Source of the DNA: Macrostomum lignano
Lineage: Eukaryota
Direction: 5' to 3'
DNA: 64,000 nucleotides
NCBI GenBank assembly: GCA_002269645.1
Contig: NIVC01001878.1
Coordinates: 17,946 to 81,945 of the forward strand
The notes below the pieces were generated by a model. The model saw nothing but the letters and a program-made list of their open reading frames with translations, was not told the origin of the DNA and searched no databases. Shown one piece after another: positions 32,779 through 54,390 of the stretch. The stretch's first letter is position 1. Each line of letters opens with the position of its first letter. Both the position numbers and the translations under genes were made by a program.

Positions 32779-33816
32779 TATAAGAGTTAGAAATCTGAAG
32801 TTTTGACCCCAAGTTAGAAGATAGGTAGAAATTTATGAAAAGCCCAGGCGCAGTGAAGGGCGAGGCAGAAGAGTACAATGGAACCCCTATATAGCTATTA
32901 GAAGAGCAAACAGAAGCAGCTTTAAGATAATTAATCAACTGTCAAGTCAATTTGAATAGCCGAATCTAACAAAGCCTCCTTCCATTCCAGTTAGTAGCGT
33001 CACCCCGCCGCAGGCACAATGGCGACTAAACCGGCCGGGAAAAGCAAACTGAGCAGCAGCCTGACTTAGAGAACAACGCGGCACGCGGCATCTTCTGGCG
33101 CACCCTGAGGGAGAAAACGTGAGGCCCACCTAGAGACTCCTACCCAACCCGAAGCTGCCCAAGAAGGCGAGATCAACCCCAAGCTGCCTGACAACCGAGA
33201 GAAACAGAGGACTGTTTAATCATTCATGGACAGAGTGTAGAGACGGAAAACTAAGCACTTTTTCTATAATCTTTCTATCCCAAATTTTATCCAACTCAAC
33301 ACATAGATTTGCGAAAGCCCGAATAATCTCTAACCTTCACACTTAGCAACCTACTAGAACTAACTAAATTCATGTACAATTAGGGGACTGAGTCCCAGTT
33401 TGTTATTGCTCAAAACCCCCCGCCGTTGCTAACAACGCGAAGACACCCCACCGGCGGCGGGGGAGGCCAAACATGCTAATTGGTACAAATAGACGCTCAT
33501 CTCAAACTGGAGCGGCGCTTCGTTTTTTTCCTGCGCAGTTATTCGATCTTGAATTGCTCCATTTGAATTAGTTTCTGGATTATCCAGTTGGCAGAAACCC
33601 GAGTCTCAAATCGATCATTTGCCTTAACTGTGACATAGGGCAAATCTTAGGGAGACTCCAACTCAGCTTAGATACTAGGAGATCCCGTCAGTTTATACGG
33701 TCTTCTCTGACGGCCTGATAGGAGAGACTAAGAGCTGTAAGAACCTTAGACCGCTAGACATCTATCTTAAGAAAGTGAGAACGCGAACTCAAAGGCCCCA
33801 GAGAAAGACGCGTATA
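32779..33816 (+). repeat. 3' LTR of element 2
   Basis: Appears identical to 20030-21067 (constant offset 12749 at the positions checked). Confidence 0.93.
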
Positions 33817-34676
33817 TATCCCTTTTTGTTTTACTTTTTGGTCATGAGCCAACTTCAAAATTTTCGCCCCAGTTTTTCTTTGCGCGCGCACACTCGTTAT
33901 TTATGGATCGTTTGCATGGTGGGTGGCTGGGCACTGGAGGGGATCCTAACGCAACTGCGCCTCTAGCTTAAACCGTGTCATTTTTCTAAAGAAACTGACT
34001 GTATGCAAAATACAAGTATTTACGGAAGCAGAATAACGCGGTGTCCCCATAGGTTTAATTGGGTCCTGTATCGCTATGCTAGGGCCAGATCCTAGCCCCA
34101 ATCTTGGTCCCCTACACATCTACATGTAGATCCCGCGGCAGAGCCCTTCCCTGGGCTGACCCTAGGCGAGCTTAGCTCTCCACACCCTGTTTAAAAACAG
34201 TATTATTGTACTTTCGAATTAAAAATTCCAACCTAAAGATAAATCGAGGGACCGAAAGAAGACGAGAAGAAAGATATTATTTTTCCAAAATTACGGTAAG
34301 CATAGCCCGTGTTTCTACTACATGTAGCTGTTAGTAGTTTAATGTTTAGATGCACAATCGGAAAAAATATGAAAATTTTTCTAACTTGATCTCTAATTGA
34401 TAAATGTACTCCTACATGTAATTAAAAATACGATCATCCGCAGCTCCCTGCATCTTCCATTCTGCACCTTTTGTTACTGGGAGAGGACGACTTTTCGTCT
34501 CTTTATTTTAGAGACCTTAATAACATTACAGGTAAGTCTTTAATTATAATTTGTGGAACTGTAATCTCAAAGCATAAATTAGCATTTTAAAGCATAACTT
34601 GTGATTTTATGCTTTCCGTTTATTGCTTATCGGCGACGAGCTATGCACTTGATCTACTACGATGCATGACATATAC

Positions 34677-35372
34677 CAAGGACGACTTAAGTAGAAGGAC
34701 GGGAAACCTCGTTTCTTAGAAAAGTTTTGAAGGCACTTTTTCCCGAAAAATACACTACGGAGATAGGAAGTTTTCATTTTTTCAGCACAAAAATTGTTAT
34801 TGCGTTTGATAGGAGGCAGATCCAGTGTTCATCTTTTGATATGTTGTGCCTTTTTTATTGCTCTATCGATATTTATAAAGCTTTTCGTTCAGAAAATTAG
34901 GATTCTATGTTAATTTTTTATTCTACGTATATTTCCTGTATCTAAAAATCACAAAAATGCATGACGCAGCTCCAATATTTGGTTTTATGAATCTATTTTA
35001 TCATCTCTGTTACAAATATTTGCTACACAGTCGGGTAAGAATGATAAAATAGACTCATGAAACCAAAGAGCCCAGCCGTGGCATTCTAATGTATTTCAAG
35101 CACAAGACACGCGAAAATATACGTAGAATAAAAAATTAACATAGAATCCTAATTTTCTGAACGAAAAGCTTTATAAATATCGATAGAGCAATAAAAAAGG
35201 CACAACATATCAAAAGATGAACACTGGATCTGCCTCCTATCAAACGCAATAACAATTTTTGTGCTGAAAAAATGAAAACTTCCTATCTCCGTAGTGTATT
35301 TTTCGGGAAAAAGTGCCTTCAAAACTTTTCTAAGAAACGAGGTTTCCCGTCCTTCTACTTAAGTCGTCCTTG
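34677..35372. mobile_element. Mutator (MULE)-type foldback MITE
   Basis: 258-bp near-perfect TIRs (34677-34934 / 35115-35372) and 9-bp TSD GACATATAC. Confidence 0.88.
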
Positions 35373-36139
35373 GACATATACATGTACGAGCGTACGTACA
35401 GTATATATGTGACTTAAATGTACAGAGAGTGTCAATTGGACCATGTAATTGTATACACCATGCTAGTGGTCCTTGATGTGTGCATTTATATGTATGTATG
35501 AGGCACTGTTTTAATTACATGTTTATACCCTTATTCATATACTCCATCGTTAATATTTTTATAGCGTCGCTATTGATGAGGACGCTGCACCTTTTTTCAA
35601 TCTTAGAGCCGCACATTTTGCTTCGATGCGCTTTTCCCCTACTGTCAGTCGGCTAGCTTAGGAATTTCTCTCTATTCTCTCATCTAGGCTAAGTTCTATA
35701 CTAATTATGCCATTACTATTAGTTATGTTAGAAGCTCAATGTACTTCGCTTAGGATCCCAATTTTGAATTGTTTATGCATCTCTGAAGGTCAGACTGTCT
35801 GGGTTCGAGACGGATTGACCTACAACAGTCTAGGCAGGCGACACTAAGTCTGGGAGAAGTGTTTTCTGACCCCCAGATTTGTGGATTTTTCCCTGTGTCC
35901 CGTGATTTATGGCCGTCTAGCTGTCACTTTTGGCGCCAGCCTGTCTGGGTCAAAGAGGGTCCTTCCAGCTCTCTCCCCACTCACTCTGTTACTTTCCCCC
36001 TTGATTTATGGGCGTTTTGCTATCACTTTTGGCGCCAGAATGTCTAGACAAGTGACTTTTATTATGTTTTGCTTATGATTTATGATCGCATCTGTCAACT
36101 TCCCTGGGGTCTGAAGGCCACCTGGTGGGGTGGGTTTTG

Positions 36140-37555
36140 GGGTCTTGAGCTCAGCCAATCAGAGTCGACCGGACTGCCCCCGGCTCGACCAATCAGAAAA
36201 TTCGGCGCCTATGTTAACAATAAAAGCTCTCAGACATGCAATCGGAAAATTCGGCGTGCGTTATAACAAATCGGCCACGTGAGAGCTATAAAAAGGCGGC
36301 AACTCGCCCCGCGCTCGCTCACGCGCTCTCGCTCTTCCGCTCCGGACCCTCCTCTTCTGGTCCTGCCGACCTGATCCCCCTTTCCCCGGCAGTTTCGGCT
36401 TCAACAGCCAAGTTCCCCCTGAGAAGCATCATCAATATCTCTCGACAGTGATCAAGAGCAGCAACAGCATCCCATCTGAGCGCTTCGGTCTCTGTGGATT
36501 CCTTGGCTACCGGCAGATATAGGTCCTCTGATTGGTTTGGTGAGAGGCTCTCTTGACCTGCTTAACTGGGTACACCCTTTGTCTGACCCCTTCCTATAGG
36601 TATAGTCTGATAGGATTTGCACTTTTGCTTACTTGCTTTTGTGTGCCAATCTCGAGGCAGAAGTGCCAATTAATATTAAAATTAGCCATTTGCTCTAACT
36701 TAATCTAAAGTGTTTAGGATTGCGGATTAAGTGAGAAAGTCAAATCTGAAAGTTAAAGACTTGGCGTTTTCATTCTTTTTCGCAACGCCAGCGAGATGAG
36801 CAGCTAAATCTGGAGGCAGAGGTCACAGTGGACCGGAAGCGGCACTGCAGTTCCCAGTCAATCAGTCGATCTAAGAAATCATTATGTAATTAAGCATGCA
36901 AATTAAGTGCCAGACGCGGTCACAGGTGCCGCTTTGGCGCGGTCACAGGCAGTCAAGCGGCTAAAGTAAGTTAAGTATTAGTCTATAACGATCTCCGAAA
37001 GTGACAATGCATCTTCATCATCGCTATCTGTCGACGTGTTAACACATTTAGTGCCAAAAGCGTGCAGTTACGTGTACTCTTATACATGTACTTCTGGGAA
37101 TTTGGTAATGAAATAGCATTTAGTAGTGTATGAAGGCTCGCCAGCGCAAGAACCCCCAGCAAAAGTCCTCTCTGTCCCTGCAGGCCAATGCGATCTTAGT
37201 CCCAGCAGCGTCCCTTCTATTCGGCTATGACTTCGAGATTTAGACAGCTAAAAGACACTAGATGGCAGGTATAGCTAGGAGAAGACAGCGAGAGACAAGC
37301 AGGGAGAATTTGAAAGGTAGAAATTAGCTAACCCACGGATTAACTAACTCGCTGCCACCAGTCCGTGCGCCCCGGCTCACCAAACCGGAGCTGTCGAAAT
37401 CGGACTTCCGACTAGAGGGGCACTGCACTTAGGACCTTGCTGCTCGCCCACAATCTAGCTACCATGGGGCTGACCATCTGACAGGTGAGCTAGTAGGCCA
37501 TGCAGAGCTCTTAGTGATTCATTTCTGAGTTCTTAGGCCCGAAGCTACAGGCTTA
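36140..37555 (+). repeat. Copy 2 of the ~1.4-kb dispersed repeat, with a Pol II promoter-like 5' end
   Basis: CCAAT boxes at ~36155 and ~36189, CACGTG, TATAAAAA at 36287; homologous to 13315-14675. Confidence 0.65.
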
Positions 37556-38329
37556 AAAAGGCCGAACCCATCACTATGTAAAAAATGATTCCAGCAGTTT
37601 ATAAACATTATATTACATGTAAAATCCAGAATTAGGTGTAATAAGTGTTCGATTTTCAGGTACGTTAACATCTTAAAATTTTCATGAGAACGGATTCGAA
37701 AACTAGAAAAAATCCTATTCTAAAATCAAAATGTAGAGAACTATGATTTTTTTAAGTTTAACACAACACAAGGGTCCGGACTACTCATGTCGTAGTAGTA
37801 GCTACGTACTTGAGTAGTCCTTGGTTTAACAGCCCTTATAAGAAACGTTGACATTTAGATTTAGAAAAATTTTTAAACTCCTAAACAAGAACACTGTTTT
37901 GGAACTAACTAGCTGATTATGTAAACGCAATATTGAAAACAAGGTTCGAACCATTTTCGTTTTCAGAAAGAGTAACTCGTCGTAATATGAGAGAGCTTTC
38001 TAATAAGTATATTATTAAGCTAAGCAAAAAAATCATTTAAAAAAACTTTTACAATTTTTTTAGGTTTTTACTTTAGGATCTTGTAACAGAACATACGTTA
38101 ACAACAAAAAATCTTTTTGTTATAATGATTCTCTAATCATGATCAGAGATATTAATTGATATTTGTATTCCATGACTCACTTATTATTCGGAATCTGAAT
38201 CGACAAGTCAGTACTGATCTCTGGAATTCAGTTTTGTAAATTTTTCAACTTACTTAAATAAAAACTATTAGGCCTTGCTAGGCTGATAGTATTTCGATTC
38301 AATTTCTGTCAGTTAACTGTCATTGAATT

Positions 38330-47040
<8,711 letters not shown>

Positions 47041-47199
47041 CTGGCTAAACTTGTGCTGAGCCTGACAAAACTGGAATATACATGTACTAGAATGATAATT
47101 GAATCGATCAACTTCATCTAAATAAAGTTGCGGTTAGATATTCATCCAGTTGGGTGCATTCTTAGTTTATAGTTTTTTACATGTTTGAGAATAGGGTAC

Positions 47200-47448
47200 C
47201 GTGTCAGACAAAATACCTACTTGTCAGACAAGTTACCTACTTGTCAGACAAAATACCTACTTGTCAGACAAAATACCTACTTGTCAGACAAAATACCTAC
47301 TTGTCAGACAAAATACCTACTTGTCAGACAAAATACCTACTTGTCAGACAAAATACCTACTTGTCAGACAAAATACCTACTTGTCAGACAAAATGCCTAC
47401 TTGTCAGACAAGTTACCTACTTGTCAGACAAAATACCTACTTGTCAGA
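47200..47448 (+). repeat. 20-bp minisatellite TTGTCAGACAAAATACCTAC
   Basis: About 12 tandem units just downstream of the CHMP4 stop codon. Confidence 0.92.
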
Positions 47449-47927
47449 TTTAAGAGTTTATTATTTAAGGCTGTCTATCCCAGTTGATTACATATGTGAC
47501 GTTTCCTAAACTAATATAATATATTATATTATCGTATGTTCATATTTTCTTAATAAGGCTTAATATCGCTTTACTGCGGAATTGCTATTATTTTTTTCCA
47601 ATTTATTTCTGCTGCTTTTGATCTTCAGCACTTCTTTTCGAACTTCCTAACAACTGTTTAATGGGACTGTCACTAATACGCTCATTTCTGTATTTATTGC
47701 CCTTTATATAACTAAAAGATTGTATAATTTCTATTATTCTTTAACAAAAAATTTCTAATCAGACTGATTGTCCATTGCTTCGGTTCCCTATGCCGCATCG
47801 CCGTAAAATATACGAATGACGCAAGGGCGATCTGATTTTTTCTCTCGATTTTAACCAGATTGATTTAACTTGTTATAACTGCAAAAAAAATGGATTGGCT
47901 ATCCGCGTTTTTATTTTCGTGTAGAAG

Positions 47928-48942
47928 ACATCGCATGAGCCGGCGGTACTGGAGGGGATCCCACCGGTAATGCTTCCTGCCTAGACATCGCATGAGCCGG
48001 CGGTACTGGAGGGGATCCCACCGGTAATGCTTCCTGCCTAGACATCGCATGAGCCGGCGGTACTGGAGGGGATCCCACCGGTAATGCTTCCTGCCTAGAC
48101 ATCGCATGAGCCGGCGGTACTGGAGGGGACACCGGTAATGCTTCCTGCCTAGACATCGCATGAGCCGGCGGTACTGGAGGGGACACCGGTAATGCTTCCT
48201 GCCTAGACATCGCATGAGCCGGCGGTACTGGAGGGGACACCGGTAATGCTTCCTGCCTAGACATCGCATGAGCCGGCGGTACTGGAGGGGATCCCACCGG
48301 TAATGCTTCCTGCCTAGACATCGCATGAGCCGGCGGTACTGGAGGGGACACCGGTAATGCTTCCTGCCTAGACATCGCATGAGCCGGCGGTACTGGAGGG
48401 GACACCGGTAATGCTTCCTGCCTAGACATCGCATGAGCCGGCGGTACTGGAGGGGATCCCACCAGTAATGCTTCCTGCCTAGACATCGCATGAGCCGGCG
48501 GTACTGGAGGGGATCCCACCGGTAATGCTTCCTGCCTAGACATCGCATGAGCCGGCGGTACTGGAGGGGATCCCACCGGTAATGCTTCCTGCCTAGACAT
48601 CGCATGAGCCGGCGGTACTGGAGGGGATCCCACCGGTAATGCTTCCTGCCTAGACATCGCATGAGCCGGCGGTACTGGAGGGGACACCGGTAATGCTTCC
48701 TGCCTAGACATCGCATGAGCCGGCGGTACTGGAGGGGACACCGGTAATGCTTCCTGCCTAGACATCGCATGAGCCGGCGGTACTGGAGGGGACACCGGTA
48801 ATGCTTCCTGCCTAGACATCGCATGAGCCGGCGGTACTGGAGGGGACACCGGTAATGCTTCCTGCCTAGACATCGCATGAGCCGGCGGTACTGGAGGGGA
48901 CACCGGTAATGCTTCCTGCCTAGACATCGCATGAGCCGGCGG
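47928..48942 (+). repeat. 54/57-bp GC-rich VNTR
   Basis: About 18 units of GACATCGCATGAGCCGGCGGTACTGGAGGGGA(TCC)CACCGGTAATGCTTCCTGCCTA-type sequence. Confidence 0.92.
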
Positions 48943-49736
48943 CATTCGGAGAAGCGTCTCCATGTGTGCTCGGCTCGTCCTGTCGAGATGCTCTCGGGGA
49001 TGAGACCCCGCTTCCGAGCTGCCAGCATTTTGTTTTACATCGGCGCATTCGTGCCGGACATCGTTAGCGACATGAGAAAAAGATGCGGGCTGGCCTGGGC
49101 CGCCTTGAGTGTGCTGCGATCTGAGGCTCTGGAGTCTGGATGACGTTTGAGACCGTTCTACTCTATCAGACTGAGACCTGACCGACCCTGACGACTGCCC
49201 TGGAGAAGTACCTGCATGGACCTGGACGCCGCGCACTCTTGCGATGCTGCGTTCTGCGTTATAATATGCGCGAGCCCTCCGTTCTGACTAGTTGCAAGCC
49301 ACTTTATGCAAACCAGCTCGGCTATTTTATAATATACCATACGAGAATATTATAAACTTTATCCAGGGGATCTTCTAGATCTGTGGTCGCTTCGTTTCCT
49401 AGGAAGCCATATTTTTCTACGCTCGTAACTATTCATCAATATTTATTTATTAATTTACACAGAACAGAACTTTTGAAAGGAAACATTTCCATATATTAAG
49501 ACTCGACTTTGAATAGTTATGACTTGGAAAAATTTTGCCTTGGCTTAAGGGAACTTCAAATGGCAGGCTGTCAAATTTTGTGTTTCCAAGGGCCTCCCGC
49601 CGAAGAGATCACGTAGCAATGTCCATAAATGCTAAAGCTACATGTAAATGCATATGTGCATTTGTGTCTACTCACATGCAGGGTTGTAGCCAAGGACCAC
49701 TGTAGTAGAGCCACAGTAGTAGAGTACAGTAATTGA

Positions 49737-49908
49737 TTCAGTTCACCCAGCTATAAAATAGGTGCCATCATTACCTGGGGTAATTGAGGGTGCGGCGATC
49801 CCCCAGTCCTTGTGTCCTTGGACTGAACAGCCGTACGCAGCCTTTAGATGCGCCGCTCAAAAAGCTGCGGCTGAGCTGTCGGTTGCTCATCTACCTATTA
49901 GGGCAGGT
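49737..49908 (+). mobile_element. 3' fragment of the same SINE family as 17990-18250
   Basis: Shared CTTGGACTGAACAGCC...GCTCAA.AGCTG.GGCTGAGCT.TCGGTTGC.CATCT.CC.ATTAG. Confidence 0.65.
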
Positions 49909-51601
49909 GTAATCAAATATTATTTTTAACGAACGTATTGTTATGATTTAGACTACTCAAGATACTAGCCATTGGAAATGACGCTCAAGCATTCTGGGTT
50001 TTTTTTTCAACATATGCTCAAAACAAGAAGCTATCTGCGCTAGTCAGCTCAACCCGTTCCTCGGTCCCGTGTGGAAAGCGCATCCAGCTGAATTCGCTAT
50101 AGTGGCAACAATTGTAGCAATTAAATTAAATGGCTAATTGGGTTATTCATGGCTTACACTTGATAACTTGAAGAGACACGGTAAGATGGAATTTTACATG
50201 TATATCGACTTTTTAAGACTCAACTACAGAAGTAAGGCAGTTCGCGGCGCTAAGCGGTTTTAATGAGACCGGGGCGGTGGACAGGTCAGCTGGGCACGCC
50301 TGCAATTAATGCTTTGTCTATCTTCCACCTAGCGGCGCCAAAAAGTTTGCCTCCTTAGATGGACCAAGATTACTGAGAGATAGTGAGATGATCTAATCGA
50401 AATTTTAATTCCATGCATTCTCGAGTTCTCCACAACCCCTTTCTTGGAATTCTTTCATTCCGGACATCAGCATGTAACAAAATTATACTTGATTTTTTCT
50501 TTATACTTGAATTTTTTATTACGGATAATAATTATAATTTTAGTCAGCCTACAGATCGCGTTAAAAGGAATTTGAAACGCCTACGAATAGGCTTAATGCC
50601 GATGCTAACTGCAATACTATACACTGTAAATAGCGGGTATATTGTCGTACTGCTTTGACCAAAAATAAGCGAAAGTAACAGGGACACTTTTGCAGACCTT
50701 TAGTTTTTTTGAGCCAATCTTCCCAGATCCTCAGTTGTTAAGCCAGCCTCCCAGATCCCCAGTTGCTGTGCCAGCCTCCCAGATCCCCATGCAGTTGCTG
50801 GGTCAGCCTTCCAGAGCGTCAGTTGTTGGGCCAGCCTCCCAGTTCTATTTACCTCCCAGATGTATTTTGGAGTATCTGAGTTTACAGACCATGCAGGCTG
50901 TACATGTACACCCTCGTGAGGGCGTCATTGTCAAAAGACATGCAGTGCCATCAGCTGCTATTGATATTGCTACGTTACTTAGTAGTATGTATATAAAAGT
51001 ACATGTTACGAATCCAGACCCAGAACCCCTTTTAAAAAACTTTGACGTTTGGAACTGATTCGAGATATTACACGGGCAATTCTCGGGCGGGCAATTAATT
51101 CTATAGACAGACTCATTCTCACCGCCATCAGCTGAGCCATCAAATCACGCGAACGGTCGCCATTTGATTTCGATTGTGATGACCTTTGAGAGTTTGTTCA
51201 ACATGCAGATACCGGAGAGCGTTCCCTCTTGCACGTTCCCGCGTGGCATTATCTCACTAATTGGATTTAACAGCAGTGTTCAGCTCTCGTGTTTCAGGGC
51301 TCGTCCTGCTATACGTACGCAGGCTAAAACAAACAAGCGTAAGAGTGCGCAATTAGACTTATTAAAGCAGCATGATCTAGAGCAAAAACCACAGAGGAAA
51401 ATTAGGTCTTAGATTATAGAGCGTAGTTTTTAAAAATTGGAAGCGTCCTTTCTTCGCTTTGTTGTTATTTGGGAGTTGTCAATACAATTCCGAGTTCTGT
51501 GCTCTTTCAGGAGCTCCAGCGAATGACAGCAGGCTGTCCTCGAAAAGGAAAGACAGCGCGGAGGCGGTCTGGGCCTCGCTGCAGCCAATGCCTGCCGACC
51601 A

Positions 51602-52817
51602 ATGGCGTCTCAGATTGTCTTCCCAGCGCATATCAATAATGCTCTGCAACCCGCTATCCCCTGATCCCAGTGTCTGGAGCAGAGCAGCAAAGCGACACCA
51701 TGTTCGCCTTCTGGTACAAGCACTTCGCCAAGCTCCTTGGAGTCGTGTTCGCCGCGGGCCTGCTGGGCAACGCTGCAGTGCTCATCGCTGCGGTGACTCA
51801 GAAAACGGCGCACAAGGTGATCAACGTCTACCTGGCTAACTTGGCTGTGGCCGACCTGCTCCATCTCGTCTCCATTGTGCCGCTCATCCGCCTAGCAACC
51901 GTGAACAGCTGGCTGTGGGGAACGGCCCTGTGCAAGATGAACTACATGATCCACTACACGAACTGGACCGCCAGCATCTTCATCATCACCGCTCTGGGAT
52001 TCGATCGGTTCGTTGCCGTGGCGATGCCTGAGCGCTCCGGCAGCCTCCGCAACCGCCGGTTCGCCTGGGGCCTCACGCTGGGCCTGTGGATCCTGAGCGG
52101 CCTCCTCGTGAGCCCCATCGGGTTCCTCACCAGCGTCACAGCCAATGCGTGGCTGCTGAACGGCACGGACTTGAAGGTCCTCTACAGCTGCGGCCACTTT
52201 GCGCCGAAGCTCAACCGCTCCGACGCCTTCTTAGACGTCCTTCAGAGCCTCGTGCAGGACCCGATGATCTTCTCGGCTTGCGCTTTCACCGTCGGGTTCG
52301 CCGTGCCGCTCCTCCTGCTCGCGGTGTTCTACGGTATGCTCATCAGGAAGCTGCTCAACCAGTCTCAGGCCACAACTGCTGGCGCCCAGGCCGCTCAGAG
52401 GCGCTTTGGCCGCGTGACCCTCATGGTGGCGGCTGTGATCCTGCTGTACACCGTCTGCACCCTACCGCACTGGATCCACGTGGCGCTGAACTTGGCGGGG
52501 TCATCAAATCGTACCGAGTCCTGTGGCTCACGTCGCACTGCTCAACTCTGCTGGGCTACCTGAACAGCGCCTGCAATCCCGTGCTGTACGCCTGGTACAA
52601 CAAGCCGTTCCGCCAGGGCCTGAGCCGCTGCCTGAGCCGCTGCCTGCCGCAGCGCTGGTCTGACCGGCTGAATCGCAACGACAACCATCGGCAGGCGGAC
52701 GACCGACCTCGCAGAGCTTCTGGGCAGCAGCAGCAGTGCCATCAGCAGCAGCAGCATCTGGAGGTCGCTCTGATGAACCCGAATGTCGTTGTTACCGTTG
52801 AAACAATTGATGATTGA
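51602..52817 (+). CDS. Class A (rhodopsin-like) peptide GPCR, somatostatin/allatostatin-C/opioid-like; interrupted by apparent 1-nt deletions
   Basis: GLLGN, NLAVADLL, WLWGTALCK, DRF, FAVP, CTLPHW and, after a frame change at the G-run 52497-52500, LGYLNSACNPVLY. An ATG at 51602 joins the main frame if one C is added at 51657-51660; otherwise the start is the ATG at 51700. Confidence 0.85.
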
Positions 52818-53489
52818 GCAAGTTCATCTAAACTGAAAATTTTCAGTTTCTTACACCCGATATAATTAATGTCGCTTCGTTGTCGATTTTATTTGATATG
52901 TTCTTATTGGAATAGGAGTTTTCCTGCTTTTACCAGTGATTGTTGCAGTGTACAACACAGTTGAGTTTGAAGTTCACCCGTTGACAAGTTCAGTTCGAAA
53001 CTAAACAAAACTCGTTGAGGGACCAGCTCGTATGTAAGTGTTGCAAAATCGCACTAGATGTGTTTTAGCGCATTGTTAGCTGTTTTTGTCAACTATGAAT
53101 AAATACCTGTCAGGCGTCAGCAAATAATCTAATACCACACACACGTACGCAGCTTCGCTGATTGCAAGCGAATTAATAAGTAGATGCAAATATTCACCGG
53201 AGGGCTGCGGGCATCCAGGCGCAACATCTTCAGCGACATCGTTTCACAATTCCAGCCCTTTTCTTTTCTTATAGCTCCATTGATTTTTGTAGAGCTTCTT
53301 GTTAAGAATAAAAGGCTTTAATTATACTAGGCTAATATTTCTGAGAAAAGCTACTTAGTCTAGTTCACAATGGTCTCATTTTTCGGAATGCTTGAATCAT
53401 TGCACGAGCGTAGTAAGTATGAGTAAATATAGATTCATAAAGCGAATGAATCAAGCTGTTTGCCATTTTTCGGATATTTAGGCACAGGA

Positions 53490-53733
53490 CATGTAGTAAC
53501 ATAAAAAGTTAACATCACAGAATCCTAATTGTTTTCAAACAAAGAGCCTACGAATGTCATTATCAGAAGACGAGCATTGGGTCTGCGTCCTATCAAAAGT
53601 AACAAATTTTGTGCCTATAAACTGAAAACCGCGTTCATTCCCAGTAATGTACATGTATTTATTCGGCAGAGCCTGCCTTCTAAAAATTTCCAGGAAATGT
53701 AGTTTCCCGTCATTCTGCTTGAGTAGTCCTTGG
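53490..53733. mobile_element. Diverged single arm related to the MULE MITE at 34677-35372
   Basis: Colinear similarity to the right TIR, ending GTTTCCCGTCATTCTGCTTGAGTAGTCCTTGG. Confidence 0.5.
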
Positions 53734-53884
53734 GTTCATTTCGCATAATCAAGCAGAATCGGAGCTGCTGTTGCACGAGCGCAGATGCCCTGTTTCGTGG
53801 ATTCTGGATGCAGCTGAATTCTACCTGAAGCAGTTTCCATCTCGGTTTATAATATACCTTAATATAATTTATTGCTATCGGAGG

Positions 53885-54390
53885 GTACTTGCTATTTGGG
53901 GATGCTTGCTATCTGGGGGATGCTTGCTATCTGGGGGATGCTTGCTATCTGGGGGATGCTTGCTATCTGGGGGATGCTTGCTATCTGGGGGATGCTTGCT
54001 ATCTGGGGGATGCTTGCTATCTGGGGGATGCTTGCTATCTGGGGGATGCTTGCTATCTGGGGGATGCTTGCTATCTGGGGGATGCTTGCTATCTGGGGGA
54101 TGCTTGCTATCTGGGGGATGCTTGCTATCTGGGGGATGCTTGCTATCTGGGGATGCTTGCTATCTGGGGATGCTTGCTATCTGGGGGATGCTTGCTATCT
54201 GGGGGATGCTTGCTATCTGGGGGATGCTTGCTATCTGGGGGATGCTTGCTATCTGGGGATGCTTGCTATCTGGGGATGCTTGCTATCTGGGGATGCTTGC
54301 TATCTGGGCGATGCTTGCTATCTGGGGGATGCTTGCTATCTGGGGGATCTATCTGGGGATGCTTGCTATCTGGGGATGCTTGCTATCTCG
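53885..54390 (+). repeat. 17/18-bp minisatellite GATGCTTGCTATCTGGGG
   Basis: About 27 tandem units, each with a G4-G5 run. Confidence 0.93.

Larger units (their letters stand above)
20030..33816 (+). mobile_element. Full-length envelope-bearing Ty3/Gypsy-type retroelement (candidate endogenous retrovirus), 13787 bp: LTR-gag-env-PR-RT-RH-IN-accessory ORFs-LTR
   Basis: 1038-bp direct repeats that appear identical, 5-bp TSD TATCC (20025-20029, 33817-33821), tRNA-Glu PBS, PPT AAAAAAGGGGGAA (~32763-32775), Gypsy domain order in pol. Confidence 0.95.
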
